Origin: Craspedostauros australis
Lineage: Eukaryota
Direction: 5' to 3'
Assembly (NCBI GenBank): GCA_030167865.1
Contig: JALAGF010004053.1
Location: 1-37,953 of the forward strand
Length of the DNA: 37,953 nucleotides
Below, piece by piece: positions 11,066 through 21,415 of this stretch. The translations under genes were made by a program, and so were the position numbers. Position 1 is the stretch's first letter; every line of letters begins with the position of its first letter. The notes under the pieces were generated by a model that was not told the DNA's origin, did not search any database, and was given only the letters and a program-made list of their open reading frames with translations.

Positions 11066-13747
11066 CAGAAACAAGAAGAGACGATGACTGCCTCGTAGCA
11101 GCAAATGAGATAAGCTCGGTGCCATCCGGGTTCATCCTCAAGCTCTACCAGATGGTCAACGGAGCCCCAGACGACATCATTTCGGTAAGCCAACCCACGA
11201 CGTATGTGCGAGAGAGATTGGAGGAACGAGCGAGGAACCGCAGCATGGTGAAGGGAATGAACACGGATCGACACGACGGCGGCAATGGCGCTGGCGCAGG
11301 CAATACCTTTCGAACATGGCAACCACCGAAGGCGAAGAAATTGGAACATCGAACTGCACGAAACTGTTCCGAAGAACACAAACCACTAACGGTGGTCGCC
11401 GAGAGGCTCTGCGCATCGGATGATGGACCAAGTCCACCGCCGATGCCTCGTGAGCGCTCGAGCGAGGAAGCGAAATCTTAGCAAAGTGTCCTTCCGTTCC
11501 AATTTCTTCCCTCAAAGCTGGTCACGAAATGCCGATCGGTGGGTTCTCCTGTTCGCACAAAGAACAGCCCTGTCGTCACGAATCTGCCCTCTGATTGCCA
11601 CTGCCATTGGCCACCGGGCGGTCCTCCTGCAGCATTCGATCTCCACGAGGCGTACCAGGGTGCATGTTGCGGGAGCTGAAGAGGGCGGAAATCCCTGGTG
11701 CGACGTCCCTGTTGCCGTCTCCATGGAACGGACGTGCCCGCCATTGCCTTCGTTTTCGTTGGTGCAGAGCGCGCGTTCCATAAAAAAGCGCGAAAGCACA
11801 AAATCGAAAAACGCGATTCGCATCCGTGTTGTTCCACAAACCTCTCTCTCGCAAAGAAAAAACGACGAATCTTTCGGAAAGAGAACAGCTCAACAAACAA
11901 TCTGAGGCCAAAAACAACTGGTTATGAGGCATTCGTGCATAGCAGTCATGCGTACTGGATCAATCCAGTCGACAGATCCAACACAACAGAATCCCCAACC
12001 TCCCCAAAAACTTCCCGCTCACGTGCATTTTCGTCTTCCTTCTGTGCTTCTGCCGCGACTTTCGTCATCATGACCATCCTCTCCTCCTATCTTGGTTTCC
12101 TCCCATCCCCGACAGTGGACGAACGATGGCGAAGCCTTCATCATCGGCTCCGACCTGGGGAGGCTGGAATCGGAGACCCTTCCGCAGTACTTCCGGCACA
12201 ACAGGTTCCAATCGTTGGTGAGACAGGTAAGTTGCGACGTGTTGTTCGTTCCGTCCTGTTGGATGTAAACATTCAGACATCGGAGAAGTTCGAGGGGAGA
12301 AGAAGCAAGAACAAATCCATCATGAATCATTCACAGACCCAACTCAATCACAAACGCACGCACGCATGCCCACTTCTTTGAATGCACATCCGCCATTGAA
12401 CAACTGCCGCCACAGCTGAACTTCTACTCCTTCCGAAAGATTAACAGGGAGCGCAACGTGTGGATCTACAAGCATGAGCTGTTCCACCGCGACCGTCCAG
12501 GCGACTTGCACATGGTGAGACGGAGAACCTGCCCAGGCATCGATGGCAGGAAGCAGCGCTTTTCGAGACTGTCGGTGCGCAAGCTTGGGCAGACTCCAAC
12601 CGAGGAACCAGGCAGTAAAGTTGACAGGAGGGAGGTCGAGACGAGCAAGCATGTGCAGCCGATTCGTCAGCCTGCCGTTGAGCACTCACTCACTCCTTCG
12701 GCGAAGCCACCGAAGAAGCGTCGGCTGAAGGAGGACTACCCCGAAGTTTCGCCGAGCAAGCTGCCCACGGTGTCCAGCGCTGTGTCCATCGACACATCCA
12801 TGATGAACAACGTGGTGGAACCGTCCGAGACACTCCGCAACCTTGGTCTTCATCAGCAGCGCCAGGTCCAGCAGCACCCTCTGAAGGACTTCGATGAGGA
12901 GCCCCTGCCCCAAAAGAACGACAAGACGGAAATGCTGCAGCAATCCATGGTCGTCTCCGAAGTGGCGATGAAGCTGGAGGAGTGCGCCCGAAAGGCGCTC
13001 CGGGGCAAGGGGGCGCTGAGATCTCGCCGAGGCGGAGGCGGAGTGGTGACCCCTCCATACGGCGCTTCGTCGCAGTACACCGACGTCTCATCACGAGGTC
13101 TTCTCACATACGACGACGAAGTCACCAACGATGTCACCGTAGTTGTGACAGATGGCGACGAAAGCACCGCTGGAGAATCGAACCAGTCGCAGCTGTCGGG
13201 GAAGGCCGCAGTGCGAAGCTCAGCACGGGGGACGACAGTTCTTGACAACCCGCCGGTGCCGGCCGTGCAGCTGAGGACGAGCATATGCGATCGCATCCTG
13301 TCCTACGCCGAAGAACACGGTCTTGAGCAAAGCGGTTTCGTGAGCGTCGCCGTGGTGATGAGCTTCTGCATGTCGACTTCGCCGAAGGCTGGCAAGGAAC
13401 TCTCCTTGAAGATCTTGGAGCTCCTGGCGTCCTGCAACCAGCTGGCAACTGAGTTCCATTCGTACCGGTCGGCACTGCATCCAGACCTCTGCTCCGATCA
13501 ACAGTCGGCGCTCTCCAAGCGCAAGCGACTTCACGACGACACCAACTGCTTGGATATCCTGCAGGACATGTGGTCGAGCGATGTCAAGCGTATGTCCGCC
13601 ATCCACGACTTCAGGGTATTCTCCGTCAATTGCATTCGCAGGATGCTCAGCAGGGATGGGGCAAACAAGATACGCCTCGCGTTCTCCTTCAATGAAACGA
13701 CGGTGTTGGAGAAGACAGCAGACGTGTGGCTCGTTTCCATGATCTAA
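11062..13747 (+). CDS. Heat shock transcription factor (HSF-type DNA-binding domain; 521 aa, 3 exons)
   Basis: Exons 11062-11184, 12116-12226 and 12416-13747, introns 11185-12115 and 12227-12415 (both GT-AG, phase 0). Spliced DBD: 'FILKLYQMV...IISWTNDGEAFII...LPQYFRHNRFQSLVRQLNFYSFRKI...WIYKHELFHRDRPGDLHMVRRR'. Confidence 0.93.
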
Positions 13748-14521
13748 ACGCACAGAGAGTGAGAGAGCCAGCAGCGTGTATGCGTCATTGGAATGCTACA
13801 TGTGTTGGCGGATGAACTGGCGGGCGGACTTTGCGACAGGTTGGTGCAGCCGTGCTTCGCACTTGGACATACGTACGCTGAAGTACGAGCTACTGTACAT
13901 ACACCTGGCGTCAACATCCGGTGACGATCACACAACTGCCACAGTGATGAGGACGAACGGACTGGTAGAGCAGCAGAGTGGAGTACGCTCTGCAGAGCAG
14001 AAGCAACATTCCACTTGAGCATAATACTATTCTATTATACAAGGTACGCGACATCTCAGCAATTCGTCAGCAGACTGCACTCACACGGGTGCGTAACATG
14101 GGAGAGCATACCTACGCGCCCGCTGGTACAGATGTGATAAAAAGTACGGATACGATAAGCACTCAATTTGCACCGCGCTAATCTTGCAAATAACAGAGTA
14201 TAATACTTTGAAGTACGTACTCTACCATAACATATCCAGCATTACTGATGCCTGATGGCCAATGAATCCACAAGAGAGTGTAGCGAAGATCATATAATAC
14301 TACTATCCCACTCCACTCCAATAGATCGTAGAACACCACCACCAGGAGAATACGAACAGTTCAGAAAGAGTCTGACGCACGAGTTTGTTCAGCGTCAGAG
14401 AATGCCCGAAGCACTGTTCCGGACGATTTTCCGGAAAAGGATTCGAATGTGCACAAAATCACACACACAGCGCAAGCAGGAACTGCCAACCCCGACAGCA
14501 CTCAACTATACACAGCCTCTC

Positions 14522-15546
14522 ATGAAGAACCTTGGTCTCTTGTACGGTTGCTGCATGCTCTGGGCGCTGCTGCTCTCGGAACACCCCTGCACCTCGTTTG
14601 CTACTGGACACCGCGCCAAGGTGCAACAACGAGCGCAAGGAACGAAGCACTTCGCAAACATGAATGACGGCAACGGTGCCGAGAATGGCGGCAAAAACGC
14701 CAACAGCAGCACAGATGAGAAGGAAGCCGTGGAGAGGCTCACATGGAATCCCCTGCGGCTGGCCGTTCTGCGCCTCGGCCTCACAGAGCTGCGCTTCACG
14801 TCGCCTTTGAACTACGGAAAGTACGACGCGACGTTCGACTGCGCGTACTGCGGCAACAAGCTGTTCGATGCGGATGGCAAGTATGATTCCGGCAGCGGGT
14901 GGCCTTCCTTCTGGAGATCCCTCGATGAAGGTTCCATCAGCTACAAGCGAGAATTCGATGGTCGCCTTGAGTGCCGTTGCCAGCGATGCAACTCGCACTT
15001 GGGGCACGTCTTCCTGGATGGACCACGGTGAGTGAAGTCGCTCTCTTCCGGCGCGTAGTGGTGAACTTGAGGGTTGGATTTTGGGAGACAGCTTGGTGTG
15101 GGCGGCACCTGGACAGCACCTGGATGGCACTTGGACGGATCGCGACAAGTCCGTCATCACATCTCTTCGTGGATTGGAAATTGCAGGCCCCATGTCCATC
15201 GTTTCCGCACCTACAGGCACGATTCCTGATTCCTGGCTATTTCCAAAATGATGCTTCTGTACCATGTTTGTAACCCATGCTGTCGACGCGGTTCTTCTTG
15301 TATGCCACACACACACACACTGCTCACACAACCACCATGCAATTCTATGAGCAAATCGGTTTCCTTTGCTCAATGTACACGCATTATGCTCGACTCCCAC
15401 GGATGGTATGCCATCGCAGATCAAATGATGTCTCAAAGAAGGTGTTGAATGGAAGCCCGGCCTCGGATCCAAGAAGCAGCCGTCAGGATGGTAGGCTCCC
15501 TCGCTTCTGCGTCAACGGTGCCTCGCTGAAGGTGACGAATAAGTAG
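14522..15546 (+). CDS. msrB: Peptide methionine-R-sulfoxide reductase B (SelR/MsrB), predicted plastid-targeted (210 aa, 2 exons)
   Basis: Exons 14522-15027 and 15420-15546, intron 15028-15419. Zn ligands CAYC and CQRC, 'KYDSGSGWPSF', 'HLGHVFLDGP', catalytic 'RFCVNGASL'. N-terminal signal peptide followed by 'CTS-FAT' (ASAFAP-like). Confidence 0.9.
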
Positions 15547-16005
15547 ACGCAAAGCGCTCCGTATTGGCACAGCGGATTGAAAGGATCACTCTACACTCCG
15601 TGCACTTACTGGAATACGAGAAAGGACAGAATCAACAACGATTTCTATCCACGTTGCGTTGAGCTGGGAGGCGAAGTCCCATACTTGTACGCTCGTTGGC
15701 ATGGTGGAGTGCGGCATTGAGTCTCCGGCGTCTGTACGTGTAACGAACAGAATGAAGGAATAGATCGGCATTCTGTGTCTCCCTATCTCTCTTGAACGGC
15801 ATTTGTTGCGTACTCTGCCGCTGAGCAGCAATTCATTGCTCTACTTGTGATCTCAGAAGGATATGCATGTGATGGAGAACTTTGCTTACTTGTAGCGTTT
15901 GGTGGCTAGTATCGAAAAGATATTGAGCACGCCACTAGTGCCCAATGCTTACCATTACTATTACGAGTACTCTGTGCAGAAGGGCGAGCCTCTGCTCCGC
16001 ACGAC

Positions 16006-17052
16006 TCATTCTGTCGACGAGGCAGCCATGCGCTGCCGTTGCATTGCATCCTTCTGCCCTTGCGTCAGGTCCCCCTTCACGTTCTTCTTGAAGGATTCCA
16101 CCTTGGCCCGATCATCATCCAGATAGTCCTCTCCGATGCCGTACTTCGGATTGGACAGGAATTCGTTCTGCGCATCCGCGCTCTTGTACACACACGACAG
16201 CTGCGGCGCATCTCCGAGATTTCCCACAAAGGCCCACGTGTTCATGTTCGCCTTGCATGACCTGACCTCGTCGTCGTTGATCAAGTTCCTCTGCTTGAGG
16301 ATGGGCACGACGTTGGAAGGTCGCAAGACGCAGGCGGGCTTGACGTCTGCCTGCGCGACGTAGACATTGAAGGGGTTGAAGGAGACGAAGACCCGCTGGT
16401 CGAAGGCCATGGCGGAGGCGCCATAGTTGGCACACAAGGACGAGTTGGGAGCGGCCTGGTCGATGGCATCCCGCGATGCCAAATCGCGCGGGTTCGTGTT
16501 GATGGCCGAATCGATGGTGACTCCGAGCCCGATGCCCAGCACGAAGACGCCGGCCAAGACAGCCTGCGAGACTGATGCGGGGAGACGCCAGCCTTGGCTC
16601 TCGCCAAACGAGGATGGCACATCGAAGTAGTCCGATTCCGTATCGTCCCTTTTTTCACCCTGGCGCGGGTTGCGGCGTTGGAGTCGGCCAGGGGGCGGAT
16701 CATCTCGCCGTCTTTGTGATCGGCGGATGGGGGCAGGGTCGTTTTCGGATCTGCCGTACTTGTCGTAGCCATCATTGCGGTCGTCGTAGGAATCGTCGTC
16801 GTCGTCATCTTCATCGTCGTCGTAGCGTCTCCTGTTCCTGGCTGCGCGCGAGATGAGGCCAGCAGGACCTCTGTACGATTTGTCGCTGGCAACGTCGCCG
16901 CCAACAAGAGGATGGAGACTGGCGTACGAAGATCTCGCAGATGCCCGTGTCGAAGGCTGGAAGGCCGTTGTTCTGTGACAGCTGATGATGATGGATACCA
17001 TCGGCAGCAGCAGGAGCACGGCAGCTCCCGCGAGAGTCTTTGGTCGGATCAT
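16006..17052 (-). CDS. DUF3172-like protein, predicted plastid-targeted (348 aa)
   Basis: Signal peptide 'MIRPKTLAGAAVLLLLPMVSIIISCHRTTA-FQP'. TM helix 'VLAGVFVLGIGLGVTI' followed by 'ASRDAIDQAAPN..LC..YGASAMAFDQRVFVSFNPFNVYVAQ...PACVLR..N', which I recognise as the cyanobacterial/algal DUF3172 family. Confidence 0.75.
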   Translation of the reverse strand: MIRPKTLAGAAVLLLLPMVSIIISCHRTTAFQPSTRASARSSYASLHPLVGGDVASDKSYRGPAGLISRAARNRRRYDDDEDDDDDDSYDDRNDGYDKYGRSENDPAPIRRSQRRRDDPPPGRLQRRNPRQGEKRDDTESDYFDVPSSFGESQGWRLPASVSQAVLAGVFVLGIGLGVTIDSAINTNPRDLASRDAIDQAAPNSSLCANYGASAMAFDQRVFVSFNPFNVYVAQADVKPACVLRPSNVVPILKQRNLINDDEVRSCKANMNTWAFVGNLGDAPQLSCVYKSADAQNEFLSNPKYGIGEDYLDDDRAKVESFKKNVKGDLTQGQKDAMQRQRMAASSTE

Positions 17053-17508
17053 TTGAAGTGGAGGGGTATGCCTTAGTCGATGGTTTGAATGGCAACGGGA
17101 AACATTCTTTGCTGCTGCACTCTCTTGATGCTGTTGTTGCTGTTGATGATGATGGTGATAGTGCTGGGGATTGCACGGTCGCGACCCTCTCCCCTCCACA
17201 CGAGAAAACGCTTGTTCATGAAACGTCTGTTGAAGCCTTGTTCCTTCCACATGTCAGTCGGTGGAACGGATGATTGGGTGCAAAACAAGTGGTGTTCGCG
17301 TTGTTGGTGGGCAAAACATGATTGGTGGTGCGGGGATGCTGAACAGCGTATTCTGCCGCAACTCCTGGAGCAGATATTGCAGTTTAGTTGTAGTTGCCGC
17401 ATACCCGATTTCTCCCACCAACATGTCCCTTTGATTTGCTGTTTGCGGATCTCTCTTTCCTCCACATGATGGCAATTGGATACTGATGCACAGAGCATTT
17501 CACACCAC

Positions 17509-17595
17509 TCTTGGAGATCACTGTCTTGGAGATCACTGTCTTGGAGATCACTGTCTTGGAGATCACTGTCTTGGAGATCACTGTCTTGGAGATCA
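17509..17595. repeat. Perfect 15-bp tandem repeat (TCTTGGAGATCACTG) x5 plus a 12-bp partial unit
   Basis: Units start at 17509, 17524, 17539, 17554, 17569 and 17584 (partial). There are no spacers and no mismatches. Confidence 0.95.
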
Positions 17596-17618
17596 GGTTG
17601 AGTCAAGGAACGAACACG

Positions 17619-18918
17619 ATGTTGCAATTATCACGAAGCGTGCGCCAGGTGCTGTCCAGAAGCGTCAAAACCGTCCGAAGGCCGCTCGCTTGGAGATCTG
17701 CAAGCCAGGTGAATGATGCCTTCTCCAACCTCCAGCGCCCCCTCTCGACGAGCACGGCTCAGGAATTCACGCCGGTGGCGCCAAAGGGCATGAGCATGGA
17801 GATGGCGCAGGGCATCCAGGACGCCAACCAGCTCATCCTCAAGCACGGAGTGGGCAAGCAACGGCTCGAGCATCTGGCGGCCAACAAGGCCCTGCCGATC
17901 ACGGTCAAATGGCAGCAGATGATGGAGATCTACCTCGGCACGCAGCTGCATGTCATCGGCTCGCTGGGTTATCCCACAAACGATCAGGGCATCATGGAGT
18001 ACACGCGCCATCTCGCGAAGTTTGTGGGAGGTTGCCCGTCCGACGTGCAGGAGAAGTTCCGAGCCCAAGGCCGCTACGTTTGGAGGAGCATGCTGACGCG
18101 GGCGTTCGAGTTGGAGGACGTCATCGCGGCCGAAGGCGAGAGCAACGAGCTGTCGATCGTGGATGCTCGCAACACCATGCACAAGGTTTCCACCAAGCTC
18201 ATCGAACCGGAGGTTCTGAACGCGGTCGCAGATGCGTGCGGGAGATTGGAGCAGGGTGAGATCAAAGCCTGTGTTGTTCGCATCCTGTGGACATACTGTG
18301 TCTGCGATGGCTGGGTGGTGAGCTCCTCCCTTGGTCCGCAGGAATGACTCGAGGATCGATACAGCGGTAGGCGCTGTCGCTGCTTGTGCTCTATTATATA
18401 ATGTCTCTGTTCTGTTTCTGTTCTTGGTCTTGATACACCTGCTATGCTTGCACAATATCTCACATCACCGCTCTTGCCCGTACCATACGCTTCGATCCAC
18501 TCAATCCATCCTTCCTCTTGTGCTCATCCTGACGTGGGACCGATGATGTCGGCGTCGGTTGGCTGACTGGCTGGGACGCATCGCGTTGTTGTTGCTGTTT
18601 TTGCATTGTTGCATTCTACGGTATGCACGTGTGGCAGGTGGCAATGCCGAGACCGAGATGGGCATGAAGCACCAGGCCATTCAGGAGATCGTCGTCAATC
18701 AGGTGTACTTGGGTGGTTCGCCCAGCCTCGTGGAGGAGCTTGGATTCGGTTCGGGCGATAAGGGGTACGCCTACATGCAATACCGGATGGCGTACCACGA
18801 GACAGACCCTCTGTGCACGCAATACACGTCGTCGGCCATGGTGAAGATCTGGAAGGCGGCCGGTCTTGACTTGGGGCAGGCAAATGCGGCCGGCACAATG
18901 CCCATGTCACCCCCGTAG
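17619..18918 (+). CDS. Protein of unknown function, predicted mitochondrial (305 aa, 2 exons)
   Basis: Exons 17619-18255 and 18638-18918. Intron 18256-18637 (GTGAGA...GCAG) joins two ORFs in frame. GC3-rich coding bias. The N-terminus 'MLQLSRSVRQVLSRSVKTVRRPLAWRSAS' is Arg/Ser-rich and acid-free, like a mitochondrial presequence. Confidence 0.75.
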
Positions 18919-19532
18919 TCAGTAGTCGCGAGTTGTGGAGCAGACGCAAGAAGCAATAGAGTATGTTATCATATTATATGTTGCTATGGAGTATTATATT
19001 ATGGAGTATGATGCAAAGTGCAAGCGTCGAGGATTACATCTGCACGGACGACAGTAATGCACTACGGATAGCAGTATATTCACGGATACGCACGTACGTA
19101 CGTACGTACGTACCATCCCAATACCCGTACTCTGTGTACACCGTCAGTAACTGTCGCCAAGGACGCTGATTGATGGCAACAACTTGGGTGCATCGAGCAT
19201 CGCGACGCAACTCTCTGGAGCGACTTGCGGTGCCGCGCGACGTTCCGGTTGATGGTTGACACTGTCGTCGATACTATGACACCGCTGCTTGATTGCTTGT
19301 GCCAGCACGCAACTTGGTGTGGTGGGCATGAATTCAGATCCGAGTTCTGGAGGCAGGCACATTCCTGGCGCGGGTGCTCTGCTGCATGCCAGACTTTGAG
19401 CAACGGAGAGGGTCGATGAAGCATGCCAGGAGATGCACTGAGCGAGAAAAGTGTTTGTGGCGTTGGGAGTAATTTGTACTATATTTGTATCAACAACCGC
19501 ACCGTATCAAACGATCTATGTTTGCCGGGTAT

Positions 19533-21415
19533 TTAGTAACGGTAAGTGTCTGGCTTGAATGGACCCCCGATTGGGACTCCGATGTAGTCGGACTGCTCCT
19601 TGCTGAGCTTGGTGAGGTTGGCACCAAGGGCTGGCAAGTGAAGGGAGGCGACCTTCTCATCGAGGGTCTTTGGAAGGACGTAGACCTTTCCGCTCTCGTA
19701 CTTTCCGGTGGTGCGCTCGTTCCAGAGCTCGAGCTGGGCGAGGACCTGGTTGGTGAAGGAGCAGGACATGACGAAGGATGGGTGGCCGGTGGCGCATCCC
19801 AAGTTGAGGAGACGTCCCTCGGCGAGCACGATGACGCCGTTTCCGCTCTCGAAGACGAACTTGTCGCACTGTGGCTTGATGTTGATGCGCTTGGTGGCCT
19901 TCATGAGGCCCTCCATGTCGATCTCGTTATCGAAGTGACCGATGTTTCCGACGATGGCGTTGTTCTTCATCTTGGACATGTGCTCGGTCATGAGGATATC
20001 CTTGTTACCGGTGGAGGTGATGAAGATATCGGCGGTTGGGAGGACCTCGTCGAGGGTGGTGACGGTGTATCCCTCCATGCAGGCCTGCAGGGCGCAGATT
20101 GGGTCGATCTCGGTGATGTAGACGACGCATCCGTTGGCGCGCATGGCGTGGGCGCATCCCTTACCGACATCTCCGTATCCGCAGATGACGGCCTTCTTTC
20201 CGGCGAGCATGACATCGGTGGCACGCATGATACCGTCTGGGAGGGAGTGCTTGCATCCGTAAAGGTTGTCGAACTTGCTCTTGGTGACAGAGTCGTTGAC
20301 GTTAATGGCGGTGAAGAGGAGGGATCCGTTCTTCTCCATGGTGTACAGACGGTGGACACCCGTGGTGGTCTCCTCGGAAACTCCGAAGCAACGCGAGGCG
20401 ATCTTGTTCCACTTGTCGGTCTCTCCGCCCTCAAGGAGTCTCTTGATGATGGTGAGGACGATCTTGAACTCGGCGTTGTCGGTGGTGGTTGGGTCTGGGA
20501 GGGTTCCGTCCTTGAGGAAGAGGTCCTCGGCCTTCTTACCCTCGTGGATGAGGAGGGTCATGTCACCACCATCGTCAACGATGAGGTCTGGTCCGTGACC
20601 CTTGCCATCATCCTCAGACCAGGTGAGGGCGTTGAGGGTGCACTCCCAGTACTCCTCGAGGGACTCTCCCTTCCAGGCGAAGACAGCGGCAGACTCGTCG
20701 CGGGCGATGGCGGCGGCGGCGTGGTCCTGGGTGGAGAAGATGTTGCACGAGCACCATCTGATGTCACCTCCGAGGTTCTTAAGGGTCTCGATGAGGACGG
20801 CGGTCTGGATGGTCATGTGGAGGGATCCAGAGATGCGGGCATCCTTGAATGGGCTGCTGGGACCGTACTCGGAGCGGCATGCCATGAGTCCAGGCATCTC
20901 GACCTCAGCGAGCTCGATATCCTTGCGACCGTAGTCGGCAAGGGAAATATCAGCGACTGTGGTTGTGAATGTGCAACATGGTCGAATTCAGTTGGCATGG
21001 ACGAGAAGATCGCAGATGGTGTGGTGTTCGGGAAGGCCATTCGGAGAGAGTGGGGAGAGATGTAGAGGTCAGAGTGTGATGCGGGGGAAAAGCAATGCGG
21101 CATGGTGTGATGTCTCTGTTGCTGGTGGTGCCGATGGCAGCGGCATTGCTGGTCTGAGAAAGAACCAACAATGGCCGCTGCAGTTGCCACGATGTCTCAT
21201 CCTGCCCCATGGCGGGATCTCGCACATGGGCATCCTTGATGCGGGCTGCTGCAGATTCATTCCCATGGATCCTAGATAGCATGCCCCCAACACAGGTCGC
21301 AGGGAACTTCATGGTCAGCATGGTCATCATGGCCACCAGGATGTCTGATGGGAGGCGAGAAGGCTTGCCTTCTGGCCTTGCAAAAGGACGTACCCTTGTA
21401 ATCTCCAGTAGACAT
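19533..21415 (-). CDS. SAHH: Adenosylhomocysteinase (S-adenosylhomocysteine hydrolase; 481 aa, 2 exons)
   Basis: Exon 1 21415-21394 (MSTGDYK-), intron 21393-20957 (GTACGT...ACAG), exon 2 20956-19533. Motifs 'GSLHMTIQT', 'SCNIFSTQD', 'DDGGD', 'EETTTG', 'KSKFDN', 'GYGDVGKG', '[18 protein letters not shown]' and C-terminal 'YRY'. Carries the plant/protist-type insertion ([18 protein letters not shown]). Strong codon bias. Confidence 0.98.

Noticed and set aside
14255..14521. N-terminal extensions of ORF-track calls (MsrB from 14255, DUF3172 from 17250, RBBP4 446-aa ORF from 30202)
   Set aside because: Signal peptides begin at 14522 and 17052. The RBBP4 extension is intron sequence that happens to be open.
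15026..15031. In-frame TGA in MsrB as possible selenocysteine
   Set aside because: The TGA lies inside the GTGAGT splice donor. The catalytic residue is an ordinary Cys (RFCVN) in exon 2.
17509..17595. Possible CRISPR array
   Set aside because: The 15-bp units are directly adjacent with no unique spacers, the context is eukaryotic, and there are no cas genes.
19485..21065. 526-aa ORF antisense to SAHH
   Set aside because: It is the codon-aligned shadow of a strongly biased, highly expressed gene (few TTA/CTA/TCA codons, so few antisense stops). The translation is V/G/L/D/E-rich with no recognisable domain.
21310..21335. Box C-like ATGATGA and CTGA in the SAHH intron (snoRNA?)
   Set aside because: The boxes are only a few nt apart, and there is no suitably spaced D box, terminal stem or recognisable rRNA guide.
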